From Octopus bimaculoides (taxonomy: Eukaryota): a stretch of DNA of 34,284 nucleotides. The DNA is taken from NCBI RefSeq assembly GCF_001194135.2, contig NC_069006.1, positions 10,497,671 to 10,531,954 on the forward strand. The letters are read 5' to 3'. Made by a program: the position numbers and the translations under genes. Below are positions 22,297 through 31,841 of this stretch, piece by piece. Below the pieces are notes generated by a model. The model saw nothing but the letters and a program-made list of their open reading frames with translations, was not told the origin of the DNA and searched no databases. Position 1 is the stretch's first letter. Each line of letters starts with the position of its first letter.

Positions 22297-22563
22297 AAGA
22301 TGAGGACAAATATCCGTCGAATGTAAATAATTCCTCATCTCTTAAATATAGAACTGTGTGCATTTTCTTTCTTTTATTATATATGTGTGTGTGTGTGTGT
22401 GTTTCATATTCATATCCTCATCATGTGAGGATAATCAAAATTTTCTTCCTCCCTTTTCTTACTGTATATATATATATATATATTATAATGCTAGGGGATT
22501 TCAAAATCCGAACTTACAAGGACATACAATTTAATAATATCAAATTGAATTATATAACGAGAA

Positions 22564-23375
22564 ATATATTAATAATTTAGAGAAAAACCACCATGGTGCA
22601 ACTCAAACGATGAAGGAGATCAGACACCATCAAGAAAAGCGTACTAGACAAAATACTAGTTTAAAAATCTAAAAAATCTAAGAGAAAACTAGTAATCCAT
22701 AAAATCTATAAAATTTAAATCAGTTTAGTAAATTTATAAAAACGAAAGTGAATGAAAGACTACGCGCGTTTCATGGCCACATAAAAGTGGAAAAATCTGG
22801 TCAATCTACAATGAATCGATTCATTTAATAGTTAATCATACTATCTTTATATATGTTTTCTTTTTCCTAATCTACAGTAATTATTTCTCCATTAGACGTT
22901 TTATGCCTTTAACTTGACAGATGTTTATTATTATTATGATTATTATTATAAAACCTTGACACTTATTTATTTATTGTATTAATTTTTTGCTCAAACGTAC
23001 AGATTTCTACTTTTCTTATTTTATCGCACTTTTAAATATTAGGTTACGTTTTTTGAAGTTACATGACTTGACGAGTGTCCTCATTATGAGTGGTTTTTAT
23101 CTTGATCGATTCATTGCAGATTGACCAGATTTTCCCACTTTTATGTGGCCATGAAACGCGTGTAGTCTTTCATTCACTTTCGTTTTTATAAATTTACTAA
23201 ACTGATTAAAATTTTACGTCCAATATTTTATAGATTTTATGGATTACAAATTTTCTTTTGGATTTTTAAGATCTTTAAACTAGTATTTTGTCTAGTACGC
23301 TTTTCTTGATGGTGTCTGATCTCCTTCGTCGTTTGAGTTGCACCATGGTGGTTCTTCTCTAAATTATTAATATAT
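22564..23375. mobile_element. Fold-back element with ~257-270-bp inverted arms (22564-22820 / 23105-23375); probably a PLE remnant with an inverted partial pLTR
   Basis: Arms are near-identical reverse complements (e.g. GACTACGCGCGTTTCATGGCCACATAAAAGTGG vs CCACTTTTATGTGGCCATGAAACGCGTGTAGTC); the right arm carries an HHR 3' half. Confidence 0.8.
23065..23167 (+). ncRNA. Hammerhead-like motif with a long loop 2
   Basis: GAC-[T]TGACGA(23068-74)-GTGTCC...GGCCAT-GAAAC(23153-57)-GCG(T/C)-GTA-GTC; stem I GAC/GTC, stem II 5 of 6 pairs, core C3 changed to T. Confidence 0.45.
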
Positions 23376-23492
23376 ATATATACTTTTTATTTAAACTGCA
23401 AATTCGTCACAGAACTGTTGCTCAGAGTTTCACGTTCCCGTTCGTCGAACATCTGTGATGAATGTATACACTTGACTGTGTATGTGTGTGTA

Positions 23493-23564
<72 letters not shown>

Positions 23565-23573
23565 TGTGTGTGC

Positions 23574-23608
<35 letters not shown>

Positions 23609-23687
23609 TGTTATATCAAGCATATATATAACATGCTATATCAAATCCGAGCCAAACAGAGTTCATTTAATGTGATGCATCTTATTA

Positions 23688-23780
23688 CGTCTCCTGATGA
23701 GACGTTTTTTCACCGAGGGGTGGACCACAACTAGTGGAATCGAAGCAGGATGTGTCGAAACGATCGTTGTGAGCAATAAA
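23688..23780 (+). ncRNA. Minimal hammerhead-like motif (solo pLTR remnant)
   Basis: CTGATGA 23694-23700, stem II GACG/TGTC, GAAA 23757-60, palindromic ACGATCGT stem III, AATAAA at 23775-23780; stem I imperfect. Confidence 0.6.
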
Positions 23781-23824
23781 GTTTCCCGTGTATTTCATTA
23801 TCCGTCTCTATCGTTTGGTGTGTG

Positions 23825-23877
<53 letters not shown>

Positions 23878-24130
23878 ATTTATGTATGTACGTATATGCA
23901 CACACACACACACACACACACATACACAAACGCATCAGACGAGAAACCACAGCTATCAGATATTGACGTACGAAATTTGCCAGAGCGTATTAAAAGTAAA
24001 TAATACGTTATAGTTTGGATTCTTCCTGTTCTTTGTGCACTCCATGAATTATTATAAGTTTGGCAAACATCAGCATGCGTCAGTAAATAATTTGCTGATT
24101 CCTACAAACAAAAGCTTGTGCTCTTATAAG

Positions 24131-24218
24131 ATTCATCGGTCCGGTGAGGTAGCTTCAACTGAGGAGACACAATGAAGTCGAAACATTGGTGTCTCAAAGT
24201 CCCCTTACACCGGTGAAT
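24131..24218 (+). ncRNA. Type I hammerhead ribozyme candidate with intact core and GUC cleavage triplet
   Basis: CTGAGGA 24159-65; stem II GAC/GTC with loop ACAATGAA; GAAA 24180-83; stem III ACA/TGT with loop TTGG; C17=24193; stem I GCTTCAA/TCAAAGT, extendable via GTGAGG/CCTTAC and ATTCATCGGT/ACCGGTGAAT. Confidence 0.7.
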
Positions 24219-24429
24219 CGCGTGTGTTATGAACGCTCATTGCCTGAAGGGAGGAGGCGTCCTTTGATGAGGAAAAACAACAGCGATCAGATGTTCATGT
24301 TTGAATCTGCAAAAACGTATTGGCAGTAAATAGATATGCTGTTGGGTTCTCATGATAGTAGGGGGCTGCAACGTTGAAGCTTTCCATATTAAAAGATAGG
24401 TTAGGGATCCTTCTGCTACGCCCCTTCAT

Positions 24430-24662
24430 TAGGTTTTTGAGAGAGAGAGGGAGGGGGGGGAGAGATAAAAAGAGACAAGATAAACAATTGAATGAAATGA
24501 GAAAGAGAGAGAAGCGAATAAATGAGAGAGAGAGAGAGAAAGGAAGAGAGAAAGAGAGACAAATAGACATACCAATTGAATGAGATGTGAGTGAGCGGGT
24601 AATGTGAGGAGGAAAGGAGAAAGGAACAGAGAGAACGAGAGCAACAAAAACGGAGAGTAGGG

Positions 24663-24694
<32 letters not shown>

Positions 24695-24819
24695 GAGAGA
24701 AAGAGAGACAAATAGACATACCAATTGAATGAGATGTGAGTGAGCGGGTAATGTGAGGAGGAAAGGAGAAAGGAACAGAGAGGAACAGAGAGAACGAGAG
24801 CAACAAAAACGGAGAGTCG

Positions 24820-24869
<50 letters not shown>

Positions 24870-25460
24870 AAGGGAGAGAGAGAGAGAGAAATTAACTGAA
24901 AAAGAGTGAGTAGACCCATTGAACGAGAGGGAGAGACAGATTAGTCACTGACTGAGCAAGCAAGAAAGTAGGGAGAGTGTTGAGATAGAGGTAGAACATG
25001 AGGGTGAAATGCTGAGTGAAGTAGGGAGGTCGAGAAGGAAGAGGGAAAGAGTGTAGAGAGAGGCGAAAGGAGAGAAAGAGAAACAGAAGACACTGATGGA
25101 AACAAGAGGGGGGAAGAGGAGTGAGAAAAAGTTAAGTAGTCGCAAAGAGAGAGAAAGGGGGAATGCAAAGTATGAAGAAAGAGGGGTTATGCGGAAGAGA
25201 GAAGGAAGTATAAGGGGGAGGAAGATAGAATGAGGAAGAGGAAAAAAAAAAGAGAACGAAGATAAGTATGGGGGGTAAGAAGTATGAAGGGGAGGTAGCG
25301 AAATAAAGAAAAAGAAGGAAAATAGGAAGTTATAGGTAGAAGCGAGAGGGTGAAAATAAAAGAGAGAAAGAGGATGGTGATAGAAAAGATGGTGAGTGAG
25401 AAAGAGGATAAAGAGAAGAGAAATAGAAAGGAGAGGGATGAAGAAAGGGAGGCCTAAATG
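24430..25460 (+). repeat. Purine-rich low-complexity tract containing a 149-bp-period tandem duplication (24539-24663 / 24688-24822)
   Basis: AAATAGACATACCAATTGAATGAGATGTGAGTGAGCGGG occurs twice. Confidence 0.9.
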
Positions 25461-26064
25461 GAAGAAAGTGCAGGCGATAGGTCTGCTGTGTATATAGCTA
25501 GAATAATCGGCTGCAAACTGCCCGATCGGGCATTTTATATAGATTTGTCAGTGAAAAGGCCGACCGTCGGCCGGTCGGATAAATAGTTTGATTGAATCTC
25601 CGGAAAGCTCGGTGGATAGTTAGTTAGTCCTTAGAGTAAGTCAGCTGGACAGGTAAATAGCAAATCTATAGGATGGATACTAATCAGTCCGATATTAGCT
25701 GGTCGTGCCATTAACAAAAACAGTCGGGTAGGTAGCAGACCAACCAACCTGTTGGCCAGGCAGATCAATTAAGTTTATAGTAACTTGGTGGAGAGGCGTG
25801 GATGGCCGGGTAAATAACTCAGATCCTGTTGACTTACGAAGACGTTTCAGCCGAGACAACACCGGAACACATTATTCAGTGTATTTCGGTGTTTGAAGGT
25901 AATAGGCAACTATTTCTTGCAGGATGAGTGATTACGCAGTGGAAGTTCCAGTTTTGACTGTTGGAGGTTGAGGAAAGGATTTGATATTTTTTCCCGGTCA
26001 GCTACGGAGGGAGTCGTCGTTGTTCGTTCACTTCTCAGAAACTTTCTACATACGTCAAACGGTG

Positions 26065-26460
26065 AGAGAGAGAGAGATAGATAGATAGAGAGAGAGAGAG
26101 TGAGAGAAGGATGAAAAGAAGGTAAAGAGACTGAGGGAGGGAGAGAGAAACTAAGGAAACAGAGAAGGGGAGAGATTGAGATTGGGAGGACTAGGGAGAG
26201 AGAAGGAGGGATGGTGTAAGAGGAAGGGAGAAAGAGAGAGAGATAGGGAAGAAAAGGGAGAGAGAGAGAGAAAAAGAGACTGAAGAAAGGAAGGGAAGAA
26301 GGAGGAAAGAAAAGAGGTAGGAAGAGAAAGAGAGAGAAAAGCAGAAAAAAAAATGGAGACGGTAGAGAGAGAGAGAAACTGAAATAGAGAGGGCGAAAAC
26401 AGCAATTGTGGAAGAAGTAGCTAAGAAAGAGGAATAGCGGGAGAACGAAAAAGAGTGTCT
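26065..26460 (+). repeat. Purine-rich (GA)n low-complexity tract
   Basis: Direct inspection. Confidence 0.9.
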
Positions 26461-26704
26461 TTCAGCCAAACCTCCTCCCCCGCCGCCGCCGCCGCATGCT
26501 GTGTGTTTGAATAAATCTTCCATTATATTCAGGCTTTAACAAAATTTCTGTCCAAATGAAAATTTAGATAAACCAAACAGTGGTGATTGTTGCTAACTAA
26601 TTATCTGTACAACTACAACATTGATTTCCTGGAAACTTTAGTTCTCAAGCCTCTTTGAGTGACTGAGTTTTTCGCACCAACATTCTGAATTAAACCAATA
26701 TTGG

Positions 26705-26860
26705 TCTCAAATTTTGGCACGAGGCCAAGGTTAAGTTATTTTATTGAACCATGAGGATGAAAGGCAAAGTTAACCTGGGTGGAATTTGAACATAGGACAT
26801 AAAGGTGAATGAAATGCCATCAACCATTGTGCTAACGGTTCTTGCCAGCTCACCACCTTT
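26705..26860 (-). mobile_element. SINE family D (internally deleted); another 3' fragment at 26879-26938
   Basis: GGATGAAAGGCAAAGTTAACCTGGGTGGAATTTGAAC...TTGCCAGCTCACCACCT. Confidence 0.75.
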
Positions 26861-26939
26861 TGATTAAGCAAATGTTGATTTCGAATTTTAGCACAAGGCC
26901 AGCAAGTTTTATTGACCTCAGTGTTTAACCAGTATTTAA

Positions 26940-27356
26940 AGGAGGCGACTAGATGTGTTTGAGATGAGATGTTTTGAGGGCTATGGTTGGTGTGACATGG
27001 ATGGACAGGATGAGGAATGAGGAGGTGTGAAGGTGAGCAGGAATGGGAGAAAAACTAACAACCAAACGGGATAGACGAATGTTGAGGTGGTTTGGCCACA
27101 TGGAGAGGAGTGGATGGTAAGGAGGGTGATGAAGGCAGAAGTGGTAGGCAGCAGAACTCGGTTTGTGTGGATGGATGGACGGAGTGAGGAAAGCTTTGGT
27201 GGTCAGAGGTGTTGGAGTGAGAGAGGCAAAAGAGTTTGTTAATGATAGGAAATCTTGGAGAGTGGTTGTGGACAGATGAGTGAATTTTGATGCTGCTCAA
27301 AGGGGTACAGAACCAGCATGATGCAGCGGAGGTAAACCAGTATATGCTGTCGGGTC
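26940..27356 (+). pseudogene. RTE-clade LINE, 3' end of RT ORF plus 3' UTR, decayed
   Basis: Frameshifted translation RRRLDVFEMRC/LRAMVGVTWMDRMRNEEV..DRRMLRWFGHMER/MVRRVMKAEVVG..WMDG/VRKAL..NDRKSWRVVVDR* (TGA 27277-79); the 'RLRWFGHV.R' region is RTE-typical. Confidence 0.85.
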
Positions 27357-27772
27357 NNNNNNNNNNNNNNNNNNNNNNNNNNNNNNNNNNNNNNNNNNNN
27401 NNNNNNNNNNNNNNNNNNNNNNNNNNNNNNNNNNNNNNNNNNNNNNNNNNNNNNNNNNNNNNNNNNNNNNNNNNNNNNNNNNNNNNNNNNNNNNNNNNNN
27501 NNNNNNNNNNNNNNNNNNNNNNNNNNNNNNNNNNNNNNNNNNNNNNNNNNNNNNNNNNNNNNNNNNNNNNNNNNNNNNNNNNNNNNNNNNNNNNNNNNNN
27601 NNNNNNNNNNNNNNNNNNNNNNNNNNNNNNNNNNNNNNNNNNNNNNNNNNACAAAGCATTTTGCTCAGTGTGCGAACAATTCTGATAGCGCGCCACCTTT
27701 GAATAAAACAAATATTAAATTTGCTTCAATAAGCAAATGAAATACAATTATCTGTTCATTTGTATAAATGAT

Positions 27773-28032
27773 GTGGAGGCACATGGCTCAGTGGTAAGGG
27801 TGTCAGCATCATGATCGTAAGATTGTGGTTTCGATTCCTGGACCAGACGACGCGTTGTGTTCTTGAGCAAAACACTTCATTTCACGTTGCTCCAGTCCAC
27901 TCAGCTGGCAAAAGGAGTAACGCTGCGATGGAGTGGCGTCCCGTCCAGCTGAGGAACACATACGCCATTGAAACTGGGAAACCGGGCCCATGAGCTTGGC
28001 TCGGCTTTAAAAGGGCGCATTTATTTATTATT
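27773..28032 (+). mobile_element. tRNA-derived SINE, head2/mid2 + tail2 (V-domain-like)
   Basis: GGAGGCACATGGCTCAGTGG, GGTTTCGATTCC, TTCACGTTGCTCCAGTCCACTCAGCTGGCAAAA, GAGTAACGCTGCGATGGAGTGGCGTCCCGTCCAG, AAAGGGCGCAT. Confidence 0.88.
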
Positions 28033-29109
28033 TTAGTATAAATGATACAAGATTATTAATTATGTACAGTACAAGGTACTAGTTTGACTAAGGTACCAAT
28101 AAATTAGCCTGGTGACCATGGGAACTTGAAATACTCGCTTCTAAATTCCTGCAGGTTATTAGAGGGTCTGGATCATCAGGGTCTGAAAAAAGTGTTGTGC
28201 CTGTACAATACTTTATTGCTTTTCGTAAACAACTTTATTCCATCTGTTAAACTACATTTATGATATTCTGTAGGTTTTGACCGTAAATAAAAGACTCGGT
28301 AAAACTCATTTTCGACCCACTCTCTTGAAGTTTGTCTTAGATCTGAAACTGTGTCCACTCAGTAAGAACAACTGAGCCACCACATCGTATCAGGTGATGT
28401 TGGCCTAATTGTTAGCCAACTGTATTCCAGCTGTAATTATTCAATCGTATGATTTCAAACAGAAACTTCCATGAGTTTCCCACCAAAACATGGCTGTAAA
28501 TTGAGATGTGTGCCGCAATCAACCAGAGAAGCAACAATGGTCTGCATGGAAGCAGGTTTCTTGGTTGCTACACGGTCTCAAGTTAAAAGGAATCGCTTGT
28601 CTACACAGCATTTTCCTGCCTCTCACACCACAAAGATAGAGCTATCTTTTCTAGCAAGCATGAAGTCATATCTCTTGTGATAAATGCTTATCTCCACACT
28701 TCTGGCATACAGTTTACTCTCAGCAAAAGCTTCCATATATATTTTTATGTAAATAAATGGTTTCTCCAAAAACATTAAATGGAATGGTTTTAATGTGCGT
28801 AACAGCTCACAGCCCAAATCAGCCAATTAGTTATCCAGCACCCATTTAACCAAGCTTCCACATGCCTAAGTCCATCTAAGTCATTGCTTCTCAAATTTTT
28901 TAACTATTGCTCCCTTTATATTCACTAACCTTTTTCAATTCCCTCTTTATTATGGTTTAACATCACCACCCACTATTTAATCCTTTAGCATGCTGTAAGT
29001 GCATCATGTCATCATATGAGCTTTCTCCCCTGTAGTTGCTGGCACACTCTGTTGTATTGAGTGGGGAGAAAACTCATATGGCAACATTATGCACCTACAG
29101 TATGCTACA

Positions 29110-29540
29110 GATTAACGTATGGGTACGGATTTGGCTTTGTGGTAAACTTTATGCTTCCCACCCAAATGGCTTCAGGTTCAGTCCCACTGCATGGCACTTT
29201 GGCTCATCAGTGTTTAACCTTAATTACGTACCCCAGGTATTTAATTCATAGCTCCAATAAAACTAAGGCTATATTTATTATTGTTGTTGGAGTTGTGATT
29301 GTGGCTAACAAACAGTTTATCATAAACGTTACTGAACTGTTTTTTGTTTTTTAATTAGGAAATGAGGTTGTTGTTATTAATGTAGGTGCAGGCATTGCTG
29401 TGGTTAATAAGATCACTTTACAAGCACATGGTTTTGGGTTCAGTCTCACTGTATGGCACCTTGGGCAAGTGTTTTGTACAACAGGCCTGGGCCAACCAAT
29501 GCCTTGAGAGTGAATTTGAGAAATAGAAACTGTGTAGGAT
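29110..29540 (+). mobile_element. Two family A 5' fragments (29110-29207, 29385-29540)
   Basis: GGTTCAGTCCCACTGCATGGCAC; GGGTTCAGTCTCACTGTATGGCACCTTGGGCAAGTG. Confidence 0.75.
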
Positions 29541-30200
29541 GGTGTGGAGTGAAGGGTTGAGTGTAGAGTGAAGGGTCAAGTGTGAGCAAAGAGTTGAATG
29601 TAAAGTCAAGGCTTGAGTTTGGAGTGAAGGGCTGTGAGGGAAAGGTTGATTGTGAGCTGAAGAGCTGAGTGAGGGTGAAGAGTTTGGTATTGGGTGTGAA
29701 GGAAAAGCTGAGTGTGAGAGAAGGATTTAATGTAGAGTGAAGGATTGGGGGTGGTAAAGGGTTGAGTGTAGGGTGAAAAGTTTAGTGTAGGTTACAGGTT
29801 GGGGTGAGTGAAGGATTCAGTGGGGAGGTGGGAAGGGTTGAGTGTAGGGTGAAAAGTTTAGTGTAGGTTACAGGTTGGGGTGANNNNNNNNNNNNNNNNN
29901 NNNNNNNNNNNNNNNNNNNNNNNNNNNNNNNNNNNNNNNNNNNNNNNNNNNNNNNNNNNNNNNNNNNNNNNNNNNNNNNNNNNNNNNNNNNNNNNNNNNN
30001 NNNNNNNNNNNNNNNNNNNNNNNNNNNNNNNNNNNNNNNNNNNNNNNNNNNGGGGGGGGGGGGTGAGAAGGGTTGAGAGGGAGTAAAGAATTTAGTGTGA
30101 CATGAAGGATTGAGTGTGATTTGATTGTGGCTGTGGGGTGAAGAGACGGTATGGGATGAGGGTGGGTGTTTCATAGATGTAGGGTGGGTGAGGATGTCTG
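29540..30200 (+). repeat. Degenerate G/T-rich minisatellite (GAGTGAAGGGTTGAGTGTA-like) with a 76-bp-period duplication at 29761/29837, interrupted by a gap
   Basis: GTTGAGTGTAGGGTGAAAAGTTTAGTGTAGGTTACAGGTTGGGGTGA occurs twice. Confidence 0.8.
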
Positions 30201-30299
30201 TAGAGGGATGGTGGCTCCTTGTGTCTTCTTGAGATAAATTCCCACAGAGGTGAGCTTTACTTTCCTTTTTCCAATGTTTACTTCAATACCAAACTATGC

Positions 30300-30343
30300 G
30301 TATTTACGTATGTGTGTGTGTATTGGTGTGTGTGTGTGTATGT

Positions 30344-30374
<31 letters not shown>

Positions 30375-30604
30375 AAGAGCTTATCATGGAACTATTGCTT
30401 AGAAATTCGCACACAGACACTCACACACACACACAAACACACTCAAACACATACAGACACACACATAGAGCAGCTTTAACACACATTGACTCGACTAATA
30501 TACATATACACATGCACAGACAAAACATACACACTCACACACAGAGATATATATCACATATACATACATATATACATACATACATACATGCATATATACA
30601 TACA

Positions 30605-30640
<36 letters not shown>

Positions 30641-30874
30641 TATATATACATATATATACATATATATAAACACAGACACACACACATATATATGTATGTA
30701 TATATTGTCATATACACAAGATCCAATGAACCAGATAGTGTTTAGATATATCCATATTTGGCATTAAACCAACCACTACATATGTCTGTGTAGCATGTGT
30801 ATGTGTATATTTATATACATATATATTTGTGTGTGTGTATGTATGCATGTATATACATATAGATATATATATAT

Positions 30875-30945
<71 letters not shown>

Positions 30946-30957
30946 CACACACACACA
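30300..30957. repeat. Compound microsatellite field ((TG)n, (CA)n, (TACA)n, (TA)n)
   Basis: Direct inspection. Confidence 0.95.
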
Positions 30958-31255
30958 NNNNNNNNNNNNNNNNNNNNNNNNNNNNNNNNNNNNNNNNNNN
31001 NNNNNNNNNNNNNNNNNNNNNNNNNNNNNNNNNNNNNNNNNNNNNNNNNNNNNNNNNNNNNNNNNNNNNNNNNNNNNNNNNNNNNNNNNNNNNNNNNNNN
31101 NNNNNNNNNNNNNNNNNNNNNNNNNNNNNNNNNNNNNNNNNNNNNNNNNNNNNNNNNNNNNNNNNNNNNNNNNNNNNNNNNNNNNNNNNNNNNNNNNNNN
31201 NNNNNNNNNNNNNNNNNNNNNNNNNNNNNNNNNNNNNNNNNNNNNNNNNNNNNNN

Positions 31256-31625
31256 ATACCAACCACATGATCATGGGTTCAGTCTCACTGCATGGCATCT
31301 TGGGCAAGTGTCTTCTACTATAGCCTTGGGCCGACCAAAGCCTTGTGAGTGGATTTGGTAGACGGAAACTGGAAGAAGCCCGTCATTATATATATATGTG
31401 TGTATGTGTGTATATGTTTGTGTGTCCGTGTTTGTCCCCCCCACCATCACTTGACAATCGATGCTGATGTGTTTACGTCCCCATAACTTAGCGGTTTGGC
31501 AAAAGAGACCGAGAGAATAAGTACAAGGCTTACACAGAATAAGTCCTGGGATCAACTTGCTCGACTAAAGCTGGTGCTCCAGCATGACCACAGTCAAATG
31601 ACTGAAGCAAGGAAAAGAAAAGAAA
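31256..31625 (+). mobile_element. SINE family A (5' end in gap)
   Basis: Collinear with 844-1221. Confidence 0.9.
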
Positions 31626-31841
31626 GAAACAAGAATATATATACACACACATATATATATATCTCGTCTGTAAACATAAATCCGAAAAACAGAAGCACAC
31701 TCTAAGTTATAGAGCAGTATATAATTAAAGTTAGATAAGGCTGGTTTAGGGGATTATCTTAGGTTTCACGTCTGTATAGGGTTTAGTTTTATGGTGTATC
31801 ATTAGATCCCAAAACCTGTTGGTTAAAGGCCTCTCTAGCAA

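Larger units (their letters stand above)
21584..22351 (+). mobile_element. Truncated PLE: inverted partial pLTR + GIY-YIG C-terminus + 3' pLTR, bounded by a 15-bp direct repeat
   Basis: DKSGIADHVW/NGDHLPLWDEVKIIDREHHWKIRKLK..AHM at 21804-22064 (1-nt frameshift in an A-run); 21586-21800 is the reverse complement of ~22170-22330; AACTGTGTGCATTTT at 21569-21583 and 22352-22366. Confidence 0.85.

Noticed and set aside
25841-25879. Minus-strand CTGAATA...GAAACGTC as a hammerhead
   Set aside because: Core G8 is altered and there is no convincing stem I or stem II
26191-26523. MEDLFKHTACGGGGGGGG... as a first coding exon
   Set aside because: The poly-Gly comes from a (CCG)5 run; the frame then runs into CT-repeat sequence with no donor site or recognisable domain
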